Shown here: positions 24,301-35,072 of the stretch, piece after piece
Position numbering within the stretch: the stretch's first letter is position 1
Layout: the number at the start of each line of letters is the position of its first letter
DNA from: Selaginella moellendorffii
Taxonomy: Eukaryota > Plantae > Lycopodiophyta
Length of the DNA stretch: 44,867 nt
Direction: 5' to 3'
NCBI RefSeq assembly: GCF_000143415.4
Contig: NW_003314329.1
Location: forward strand, 699,162-744,028
Made by a program: the position numbers and the translations under genes
Notes under the pieces: generated by a model
Database searches by the model: none
What the model saw: the letters and a program-made list of their open reading frames with translations, nothing else
What the model was told of the DNA's origin: nothing

Positions 24301-26222
24301 ACGAAGCAAAATGCAAAACCTAACCTCACACGCGCGAAATGTCACAACGGTTGGTAATCCCGCAACGTCATCATTCCTCGGACTTGGGTGCCACCATTAA
24401 TTTCTGGATCGCCACGCGCATGCATGCACGTGAAATCCAAAAGAAATCCGCAACGTCATCATTCCTCGGACTGCATGCACGTGAAATCCAAAAGAAAGAT
24501 CATCATTGAAATATCATTTAATACCCTCGCTATATTTATACCATGCATGATTGGATATTCCAAAGCATCTTGTATTTCCAAAAATGCCAGATGTTCAGCT
24601 AAATAAAGAATGGTATACAATGTCCTTCTTGATGACCCTGCAAAGAAGCATCTCGATCGGACACCACATGAGACCACACGAGCCTTACAATGTTTCAGGG
24701 GCATTTGCCATAGAACCGATCGTTATTTTGCTCCAAGATTCTAAAGTTTGATGTGCATTGACCTTTCCATCAACACTGCAAAGGGACATCACAATCAGAT
24801 GCGGGATCACAAGAAACCAACTTCACTAACTCTGGTTTCACCAAGATCTACGTAAGGAGTTATGAAATGAAAGGACCCTCTCTATTGAAATGTGTTTATG
24901 GTCCTAGGGGCATTGTGACATATCAAAGGATTTTGCATCAAGTTCTGTATTTGCATGTTTATCAAGCTACTGAATTGCTAAACCCTAAACCCTAAACCCT
25001 AAACATGTGGCAAATGCTACGTGAAGAAAGATGCCCTTTCTGGGCAAATGCTGTAAGAGGCAGATGCCGAGCAAATGTATCTCAGGCTAGTGAAGGGGAC
25101 AAACGAAAGCTAGCTATAAACATGACGGGATGCAAATAGATTACTAGGCTGGTCCTGCGAAAATCAAAAACCATAATTGAAAACATTGAAAATGCAAAAA
25201 GAAAGGTTTATAATATTTTTGAATTTTAAACAACCAAAGGAATGTAAGTAGGGCATGTGTTTGTAAGTTTAAAAATGCCTCAACCACTTAAATTCCCAAG
25301 TAAATAAAGCTGTTTCTATTTTTGGTATAGGTAAACTTTATAGCGTGTGGGCTCATGCAATTTTGAACCCAAAAATGCACAAAAAAATGCTCAACTAGCA
25401 TTATTCTTTGAATGGCGTGTGGCCTTATATTGCCATAAATGTACGTACACACACAGCATAATTATTCCTTTACACGGCGAATAATCTTAGCGCGGATCGC
25501 TGACACGGCATGGCAAAGTTCGAATCACTGACATGGCACAGCTGGATCGAGGCAAGGACATGATGTGACAAAGTTCAACGTCCAACAGCCAAGTCTAGAA
25601 GCTACTCAGTTTGAAATTTGTCAGAGGAATCATAAGATCTGGTTTGTCAGAGGATTTGATGTGACGTTCAAGCGTGTGTTATTTTTGAATTCTCGAACTC
25701 ATTCCTAGGTCTATCATTTTTGTGCACTGTGTTCTTGGTTTCGCTGAGTGCAATGAGCGCTGCTTGTGTAAGCGGCGTTGTGAGCTGTGGTTTATGCGTC
25801 TACGAGCGGTTGCGGCATTGCCAGCGCCATTGCGAGCGACAGTTTATGCGAGTGGCAGTTTGTGCGAGCGGCGCTACGAGCAGTTGCGGTGTTGCGAGCG
25901 GCGCTACGAGTAGTTGCGGTGTTGCAAGCGGCACTGTCTTTGGTGTGGCTACCGCTTCCTCTTGATATTCGGCACTTGTGCTTCCTAGTATGTTCACCAT
26001 GGAATGGCTTAGGACCACATTTAGAAATGGCATGAGGCCACATGCCATCTTGGGCCTTTGCAATTTCATGGCTAGCATATTGTCATGTATGTTTTTACTT
26101 GCCTGCAGCTGTGTGTATATCAAGATGGCATGAGGCCTCATGCCATCTTGGGGCCTTGCAAGTTCATCACTAGCATATTGCCAATAGTTTCTTTACCTGC
26201 CTGTAGCTGTGTGTTTATCAAG

Positions 26223-26414
26223 ATGGCATGAGGCCTCATGCCATCTTTGGCCCTTGCTAGCCTATTGCCATATTCCTTTTGCCTTGCTGCAACTATGTAT
26301 ATTTTTGTATGGGTGACTAGTCACGCACACAAAAATATATACAGTTGCAGCAAGGCAAAAGGAATATAGCAACAGGCTAGCAGGGGCCAAAGATAGCGTG
26401 AAGCCTCATGCCAT
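26223..26414. repeat. Near-perfect loopless inverted repeat of about 190 bp, bounded by 22-bp palindromes
   Basis: Arms such as ttccttttgccttgctgcaact / agttgcagcaaggcaaaaggaa, centred on gtgactagtcac (26313-26324). Confidence 0.9.
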
Positions 26415-26602
26415 TAGTGGTACCACTAATGGCATGAGGGCTCATGCCAATTTTGTGAATGCGAAATTTCACGTGGGTGTCAATAGCATGTTTGAATAAT
26501 GGCATGTGGCCTCATGCTATTGAGGTTGTTTGGTATGTTATGATTTAGGCCATTCTCCAATCATTTTTTGTATGGTCTTAACTTCTTTTCTGCACTTTCA
26601 GA

Positions 26603-28091
26603 ATGGCCTTCAGGGTTGGGGAAAAGGTTTACATTTTGAATGGTGGGAAGAGAGTTGCAAAAGGGACCCTTGTGTCTATGGATCGGAACTTTGTTATACA
26701 CTGTCAAAGGCTTGGGGAAGGCAATGCTGCTGTATCAGTAGAGACTGTCTTCGATGGGAATGTGGTCACTATTGAACGAGGAGAGATAGTCGTCGGGGTA
26801 AATGTTGTTGTTGCTTTGAAAAATCTTCAGAAGAAAGCAGATGTTGGGGACAGCGCAAGTGCGACACATGTTCCCTCCGTGGATCTTAAGAACCGTGCTA
26901 CATGGATTCAGGCAAAGGTGTTTCTAAACAACCCCGAGGGGGAGGTGGTAGCTGAGGGCTTAGCCACAGTTGTCGATCCAAGAGATGCGGTTGCTAATCA
27001 AGAATTGGGCTGGGATGATATTGGAGTTGCGATTTTAGAGGTTGTTGACACAAAAGAAAATAGTCTAACTATTGGAAGCATTGTGCGGTGGAAATTGAGG
27101 CACTTAGTGTTTGAGAATGTGAAGGATTCATAATCAAACACCACTATAACTGATGACAGAACATCTCTTCATGGGAAAAGAAAGTACACCTTCCTAAAGC
27201 GCAGCCAAAGGGATCTGAGCAACGAACCGAAAAGGCAGAAAATGGCGATGGAGGTTCGAATGGTCTCGACAGTTGCTTGTTGCAAGAGGAGGTGCTGTCA
27301 ACATGCTGATTGGGATGCTATTGAAGAGGAGAGAACAAGATACAAGACATTGTCCTAGAAGGCAGCTCGCAATTTTGTGTATGAGGCATTACGGTCATCT
27401 GTTGATGCTTCAGAACATCAGGTGGGGGGCATGGTCTTCCAGAGGGGTTTGGTCTGCATGAAGGCATGGAGAATCATTTATGGAGTCCCTCGAACCACAT
27501 TCTACAGAATCAAAACCGAGTTTGAGGAACAAAGGGTTCAACAGGTAGTCCATGGGAACGACGGTATGCACAAAACCAGGGGTCATGTTGTATATGGAGA
27601 GGCAATCTTCAAGAGGTTTGTCGAGACATGTAGCGAGCAGCAACCACATAAAACCCACCTCTTGGAAGATGGAACACGAGACACCCAACGAGTTCTCCCT
27701 TCCATGTATACCAAGGTGGAGAATCCTATTTGGTGGAGAATCCTATTTTCAGAGGTGCAAACCTTTGCTCGAATACTGGGAGAAGATTATATCTAATATC
27801 CAAAATGGGCCGGTTGTATATGAAGAATTGGAAGAGTCCTTTTGGCCAGAACCCAGAGCACCAGATAGTAGCAGAACAATGTCCTCTGGAAATGCATTGA
27901 CAGATAACGATGTTGAGGATCACTATTGTGGGCCGAGGAACAAGAAGCCGGATTCAGCATTCAATCCAGTACAGGTCTGCAAAGGAATGATCGTGCTTGT
28001 CAAACCCAGTAATAAAAAACAAATGATATGGGTGGGGCGCTGCATCACTGATGCAGAGGAGGACGCGGAAACTAACTCCTTCAATGTAACT
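26603..28091 (+). pseudogene. Internally deleted transposase of copy B
   Basis: Homologous to copy A 12462-11345 and then 9959-9600. Deletion junctions at 27715-27716 (about 1.39 kb, entire catalytic core) and 28090-28091 (about 0.79 kb). Stops at 27131 and near 27356. Confidence 0.9.
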
Positions 28092-29599
28092 TCAGATTCG
28101 GCTTGTTCACCTTGACAATGAGATTTATTATACAACCAGATGGACTCAGTCTGGACACAAAGTCACCGCGCTAGTCACCATGCCCCAGATATGTCTAGCC
28201 CCTGGACAAAAAACATATAATTTCACGTCATTTTCAAATACTTGAAAATTTGTACCTAGTCCCATTTTACTGAATAAATCCCACTTTAACGAAATAGAGC
28301 TTTGTGTCTAATAGATATATAGCCTTGCAAAAGAATCCTAATTCAAACTTGATAATTTTAAAAAAGCATATAGTGTGGATTTAAATCCTATCTTATTTAA
28401 AATTTTGACAAAACAACATTTTTTGGCATATAGTAAATATTTACTACCAAAATATTGTTATTTATATAAAAATGAAAAGATATGTTAAAATAAAGAATAA
28501 AGTTAGATTTACTATGAACTTTAATTTTTAAAACTTTGTAATATTTGTATTCAACTACATTTGAAATTTGAGCTCAACTCATGAGCTCAACCCTTTAGCT
28601 CATGAGCTCAAAAGTGCTCCACACTACATTTATCTACTTCTGATGAGATGAGTTTATGACCTGGTATAATTCTGTTTTATGCCTTCTACTCTTCAGAAAC
28701 TTTTGAGAAAGCTTCCTCTCTACCAATTGAATTTGAACTTGATCAAGCCTCTCATAAGATTGGACAATTGTGCAAAAGACAGATCATGGCTGTACTTTTG
28801 ACACCTAAAACCATGTGTTTAAAGACAAGTTTCACTAGCTAGTTGCACCAAGATCACCACCAATTCCATGAGGTGTGACTTGCTTATGTTGACTCTAGGA
28901 TTTTCCTCATGGGCTTCCTAGGTTTATTGGATCTCTGGGTACCTAGAGTTTTTCTCGTGGGTGAGCAAACTTTCGAGATTTTGATATTATTGCTAGGAAA
29001 AGGCATCAAACTTGGAGCTCAAGTATGAGGATTTGAAAGAATCGAAATCTATATGTACCTCTAGCTTTGACAACCAAGTGAAGAATATATGGGACCAGGG
29101 TACCTGGATCTTGAATCAAACTTGAGCTCAAACAAGCTGTCTTCCAGAACAATATCTTAAACTGATGTTGCTGATTCTTGTTGCAGCATACTGTTTTTTC
29201 TCAGAAGTAGCTTTTGCCTCAGCTGCTTGCTTGGATTGAGACGCAGAGTCTGTCCAGACCATTTTGTTTGCCATGGCCTCAAAACTGAGCTGGTAATCAT
29301 GTCCCGGTTGCACTTGTCCATCAACAACTGGTGTTTCCATCAGATGTTCTCGCACACGGACTCAACAGGTCCGGATGGTACACCTCGTAATGGGTTTAGC
29401 CCAGATATTTGCTCAGTTTGCCAATGCTATGCAAACTCTCAGCTCGAAGTGCTAAAAACAATGAGTGCTTTAGGGAGCAGTGTGATCATCCAGGTGGTGG
29501 TGGTGGTGAGTTTGATCAGATTACTGTAAACTCATAGACACAAGTTTACAAGCATGCCAATGGCCTGGCAATGTAATTGGGTGATGGGTTGCAATTGGG

Positions 29600-29793
29600 T
29601 CTTGTGAGATATCCTGGCAGCGAGCAGCAGAGGTGATCCATTCGCACATTCTGTCACTATGTCCTCCAATCATGGACGATGTCTACCTCACCAACAATCT
29701 ATTGAGATGTATGGGAAATGTGGTTTTGTAGATTGCATGCACTAAATCTTGATGCCATTTGATCCAAGAACTTCTACTCTTGGTCAATCACAA
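29600..29793 (+). pseudogene. PLS-class pentatricopeptide-repeat gene fragment, cut by the LTR at 29794
   Basis: Translates with frameshifts and stops as VIHSHIL...DDVYLTNNL/EMYGKCGFVD...DAI*SKNFYSWSI. Confidence 0.72.
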
Positions 29794-31872
29794 TGTTATA
29801 ATCCTATGATTAATATTAACCCATATGGCTTAAAGGATGACTAAGTTAAGTTTATTTTAACAGGGGATTAGTTCACAACTAGCCCAAGGCTTTTAAACAT
29901 GGTGGAGGTGGAGCATGCTCACAGCCGTGAGTAGTGGCATAGAGGGCTCTAGGGTGGTTGGGCGATCTACTTTGTGTTAGTGAGGTAATTCTTCCCTATG
30001 TTCTAACAATTGGTATTAAAAGGTAGAGTTCAAGAATCTGTAAGTTTATTGTTATGGATTTTGCAGAGGAAGCTATTAATCAATCATTTGTGGAAGCTTG
30101 GATGATGAATGATGTGGTGTTGAAATTGCAAACCCTCAACAGTAATATTCAGACCCTTGAGGTTGAAATGCATGGATCTTTGGTGGACATGCATCAGTGC
30201 ATCAAGAAGATGGAGAATTCTAAAGGTGGCAGGAGTTGTGTCACAGATTGAGTTTGGATTCCTGAGTTTTATGGGACTAATGTCCTTGCGGATGAGGTGC
30301 TCAGCTGGTTGCGCAAGACTTTGAAACTAATCTAGGTTCAAGGATTGCTAGATGAGGATGCACTAATCTTCATGGAGGTAGTGCTTAAAGGCTGGGCTAC
30401 ATGTTGGTGGACTTGCCTTTTAAACTAATGTACAAGAATTTAAAGAAGCTTTCATGTTATTTACGATGATGCTTCTTATGCATAATATAAGCTTCAATAC
30501 TTGCAGCAAGATGATTTGGACCTGGAAAAGTACATTGAGAAGTTTGGGATATTGCCTAATGACTATACTAAAGAGGTCTAAGAAGATTACTTTGTGAACA
30601 ACTTGCACACCAAGGGGATGCAAGATCACTTGAAAACTTCCATAGCAACATGTCTTTGGAGGAGCTTTTTGAGCAAGCTCAAGACTTGGTGGATGAGGGT
30701 GAGCCACGTCCTTAGGACAAGTGTGCCAAACGTGAGAGGAGCCTCCCAAGACAAGACTAGTGGTGGCAATGAGCGTTTGAAGTCTTGTATAGAAGGTGGC
30801 AATGGCAATGGTGGTCAGGGGAATGGCAAGAAGCCTTGGATTACCAAGAAAATGCACAACTATTGCCATAAGTGTGGTGAGGAATGCCATTGGAAGGCAG
30901 ATTGTCCGCTCTTGAAAACAAGAACAAGCCTTCGAACATGAGTGTTATAGCTTCGAGTAAGAAAAGGGTCCAGAAAATGTAATATGAGGAGAATCCAAGC
31001 AAGACATATATCTTGGAAGGCAGATTGTCCGTAACACTCAATAGGATTTGGAGTGATGATGCCATGGCCTTGAATTTGGAATCCTTTGTGATTTGAGTCA
31101 AGGGATTACTAAGAAATTGTCTAGTGTGCATTTTGCTGGATAGTGGCAATTCCAACAAGTTTGTCTTAGCAAAGTTGGTTGAGTACAAGATACCAATGAC
31201 TAAAGTGATTCCTTATGGAATTTCTAGATCTACCACTGAAAACCAGTAATGGGATGGTGCAGTGTGTGATAAATTAGTGAAAATTGGCAAGATCACCATG
31301 GTTGAAGATTTCTTTCTTACAAATTTGCATCATGTGGACATGATCCTTAGCATGTTATTCATGGCACATGTGTGTTGATCCCAAGATCAAGTGGAGCCTT
31401 TGACATGTGAAGCTTGAGTATGGTGGCATATGTGATACTTGGTTTGGAAGCGATGTTCCAAGCTTGATTAAGTTGATGTTGGCAATGACTTTGATAAGTG
31501 TTGTGCACAATAAAGAGAATAAGCTCTGTTTAATGTATATTTGAGAGTTGGATACATCAAAGGTTTTGCATGGAATAGCAAGGGAACTTGAGGAGTTCAG
31601 GAACATGTTCCCAGTTGAGTTACCATGTCGCTTGTCACCTTTGAGTGGAGTTGAGCATGAAATTGTGCTAGAACCAGGCACAAAGCTGATCTATTGACAA
31701 TTAAGTCATGCCAAGGAAGTAGAGGTCAAACATCAAGTGACTGGGTGACTTGAGTAGAGTTTTATCTAGCCAAGTAAGTTTCCATTTGGAGCACTAGTCT
31801 TGCTTATAAGAAGAAAAATGGCTTGATGTGGATGTCTATCAAGTACCATGCTTTAAAAAAAAAGACAGTTAA

Positions 31873-32242
31873 TGTTAGGCACCAGGTCAGGATAATAGGA
31901 TAAAGAAAGGGTCCTACAATCAAGTGATCACCCCCTTAGTTAGGTGTAAGGGATAGGATCCTAACATTGGTATTGGAGCCCAGTTCGATTCTCATGGCTG
32001 ACGAGTGGGGTAGGAATATTCTAAAGGAATATTCAACAGGGAGAACCAAGATTTGGTAGACCCTAAGAGAAGGACCATAGTGACCGAAGGGTGGCCTAAG
32101 TATGATCGCGGACAATCATTCCCTGATGAAGGGAGGATTGTTAGGCATTAGGTCAGGATAATAGGATAAAGAAAGGGCCCTACAATCAAGTGATCACCCC
32201 TTTAGCCAGTTGGCTTAGGGTGTAAGGGATAGGATCCTAATA
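31873..32242 (+). mobile_element. TRIM inserted in the gypsy RT
   Basis: LTRs 31873-31966 and 32139-32242, PBS tggtattggagcc 31968-31980, PPT gaagggagga. Confidence 0.88.
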
Positions 32243-32246
32243 TTAA

Positions 32247-32725
32247 TGTTATAATCCGGTATAAAAAGACGAAGATCTAATCACTTTAGGTTAAATCCCT
32301 TACCCTAACATGCCTTAATATACCCTTGAGCCTCCCTTTGATGGATGTTGACCATGTAGTCAAAGCTGGCACCTAACAATTCTTCCCCCCCAACAAAGTC
32401 CTTGTCCCAAGGATGAGTTGTACAAATGATCACCCCTTTAGCCAGTTGGCTTAGGGTGTAAGGGATAAGATCCTAACATTCTCCAATACCAATGTTATGA
32501 TCCGGCACAAAAAGACAGAGATCTAGTCGCCTTAAACTATGCTACGCCACCTCTTGAGGTTCCTCATCACCCAACCACCCCCGAGCTACCTCAAAAGCTC
32601 CACTCCGCTACCACTCCACTATGAGCCCTAGGGTAGGTTAAGTCCCTTACCCTAACATGCCTTAATATACCCTTGAGCCTCCCTTTGACCAACATTGACC
32701 ATGTAGTCAAAGCTGGCGTCTAACA
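32247..32725 (-). mobile_element. Second TRIM of a different family, in reverse orientation at the same site
   Basis: LTRs 32247-32378 (internally deleted) and 32493-32725. Reverse PPT at 32379-32391 and reverse PBS ctccaatacca at 32481-32491. Confidence 0.8.
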
Positions 32726-33326
32726 GTTAAGGATAAAATGCTAATGCCATATAACATCTTGGATGGGCTTAGGGAAGCCATGGTCTTTACCAAGATCAAC
32801 TTGCAAAGTGGGTTATCATTAGATTGCTTTGAATGATATAGATATTGTAAGTTAGCTTTCTCTATGAGTTTCAGGTATTTTGATTCCATTCGGTGATGCC
32901 ATTCGGATTTATAAATGCCTCATGACCCATGTGTTTGGGAGCATTTGCATGACTTTGTGGAGAACTTCCTTGATGATATGCTTATCTTTAGTATGAATAT
33001 ACTTGAGCATAGACAATATTTGTGTAAAGTGTTGGAGTTATCATACAAGTATATGCTTTATGCTAAGAGGAGTAAATGCAAGTTTGCACAATCTGAATTT
33101 AAGTATCTAAGCTATATTATCTCTACTGAAGGAGTCAAGACTAATCCATGAAAGGTTGCTATTGTGAATGAATGGCCAACTTAAAAAAATGTTGTTGAGT
33201 TGAGGAGTTTCTTGGGAATAGTTGGTTATTACCACAAGTTTATCGAGCACTATATTGATATTACTCTTCCCTTAACTTTGTTGGTTCATCAAAACACTCA
33301 TTTTGAATGGGAGACATTATATGAAC

Positions 33327-34880
33327 TATAGCACATGTGTTTTTCACCCTTTATCGTATGGTAATTTACCATAAGATAACAATGAAGAAGAACCTAAACC
33401 CTCCATATGCCATGTGTCACATGCCACATGCCATGTGTCCCCAAGGATAATGGAGTGGAACCTGAGTTTTAGGGGTTTGGGCCACAAAATAAAGATACGG
33501 AGCCAAACTCCCAAGCTTGAAGCCAAGGAGCAAAAGAACTAGAGCACGGAGTGACTCCTGAGCGTTCAGCCCAAGGAGTGAAGGGATAAAGGCATAGAGC
33601 GACTTAGAACAGTCTTAGAGTATCTAGCATCCTAATGCTAGGACTAGCACGCAAAATGGAGCTACATAGTGTTTGATGCTATTTTAGCATACTAGTGGCC
33701 TAACACAAGGATATGGGTACTCCATTAATATGGTGTGGAACTTGGGCTTAGACCCAAGTTGGACACAGAACAATAATAGGCACATAAGCAAGAGCTAGAC
33801 TATATCTTAGGTTTGTTGCCCCCCCCCCTTACTTAAGGTTTGGGCTTTCACCCTTAGCCACAGGAGTTAATCTCTAGGACTAACTCAAAACTTACTAAAT
33901 ATAGAATAATTCTAAATTGTGAATTTGGATATAGGATGAACACTATTGTGTTCAGGACAATCTCTACATTCTGTAGATATGCTAAATGAGCAAATCTAGA
34001 CACTTTCCATAAATAGTATTTGGGACTGGAATGAGATTAACACAAAAGGCATGATAAGAAGGGTGTTTGGCAAGCATAATAAGCTTTCATTTAACAAGTA
34101 TTAAGGGACCAATTTCAATATTGTGGGGGTTTTTCTTAACACTAGTAAGTGCAAGTCAACAAATGAGTTTCTCTAACTAGGTCAAGTATGCTTGACTAAT
34201 AGCACTTAAGAATTTTATCTTTATCTGATTAAGTCCACATGCAAAGACAAGTTTCTTAACTAAATTAGGTGGAGATTGAAAAAGGATCCAATTACCGATC
34301 TTTTACCATCATGGTAGTAAGGAAAGAATATCCAAAAAGACTAGCCGACAGATAATTTTCAATACCCGAAGTCATATTTACAACACTCTCCCCCTCTTAG
34401 AGAAGATCAACATCCTCATCGATGCATACTCTAGTCTAGAACACTGCCAAGGAAACAACTCCAAAAAAATTCACCATATTCACACTTTGTGAGAAATGCA
34501 CCAACTTAAATGAGTTATGAGGCAACTTCTTTATCTAACGTAGATGCACTACTAACTTAGACACCTTCTGACTGTCACCGACAAGGAAATAACCAACGGG
34601 GTTAACCACCCTTGCTGCTCTAGGTGTCACCCAGCTTACAAAAGTGTGATATGCTCTTGCCTGCAAGGACATAGAGAGAAAAGTGAAAGGCCCCAACCCT
34701 CTCAAGCAAAGAAACCAAACCCGTTAGTAAGGTTTAGATAGACTACTATAAATAGGCAGTTAAAGTTATTTATACAATCACGCCCTTTGAATGGAATAAA
34801 GAACATTGATAGAAAGGTAGGTGATGTGACCAATCAATAATAGCTACCCCATAACGAGAGATTTCACCATGCACACGAAG
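33327..34880 (-). mobile_element. 3' end of a family-L element in reverse orientation (LTR 33327-34385, PPT, adjacent internal sequence)
   Basis: Reverse-complement similarity to 40965-42583; ctctccccc PPT complement at 34386-34395. Confidence 0.85.
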
Positions 34881-34889
34881 TTCACAATG

Positions 34890-35072
34890 CGTGAACAAGA
34901 TTTAGAGAGGCCGCTGGTTTGCCAAGAACCACTACTTCATGTGGCTAGCCCAACAAGAACGACTCCCCTCTCTCGTGGCAATACACCTCCCACAATATGT
35001 AAGCTATATGGCACGAAGGAGACACAACGACATATACTATGGGAATGCTTAGTAGCACAGGATGTCTTGGAG
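34890..35072 (+). mobile_element. LINE (L1-like) fragment with a zf-RVT zinc finger
   Basis: ICKLYGTKETQRHILWECLVAQDV matches C..C...ET..HIL..C..A..VW. Confidence 0.6.

Larger units (their letters stand above)
8824..26520. repeat. Dispersed 22-bp palindrome ATGGCRTG-N6-CAYGCCAT, about 30 copies
   Basis: Copies start near 8824, 9140, 9229, 9283, 10638, 10695, 12545, 12615, 12713, 14244, 15723, 15800, 15860, 16360, 16758, 18204, 19281, 19356, 20573, 20764, 20905, 22404, 23681, 23741, 23818, 25412, 26027, 26125, 26223, 26393, 26429 and 26499. Perfect ATGGCATGAGGCCTCATGCCAT at 26125 and 26223. Confidence 0.92.
16666..28300 (+). mobile_element. Large TIR DNA transposon, copy B (both TIRs, near-complete accessory gene, transposase core deleted, solo LTR inserted)
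   Basis: TIRs at 16666-16687 and 28279-28300. No TSD found (flanks ...gtaaa and tttgt...). Confidence 0.9.
29794..33326 (+). mobile_element. Decayed Ty3/gypsy retrotransposon (5' LTR, gag, protease, RT), 3'-truncated
   Basis: LTR-like TGTTA...TAACA at 29794-30008 and PBS tggtatta at 30011. Zinc knuckle CHKCGEECHWKADC near 30865-30905, protease ILLDSG near 31130, and RT motifs MPFGF / FLDDMLIFS / KCKF at 32890-33150. Confidence 0.88.

Noticed and set aside
8824-26520. Palindromic repeats as a CRISPR array
   Set aside because: Spacing is irregular (tens to thousands of bp), copies lie within genes and introns, the context is eukaryotic and there are no cas genes.
8600-28300. Giant inverted repeat as a pure assembly artefact
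   Set aside because: The arms differ by many SNPs and by private deletions and duplications, and the junction coincides with a TIR. Long-read confirmation is still advisable.
8600-28300. Classification as CACTA, Helitron or Maverick/Polinton
   Set aside because: There are no CACTA/G termini, no Rep/helicase, and no polB, integrase or capsid motifs.
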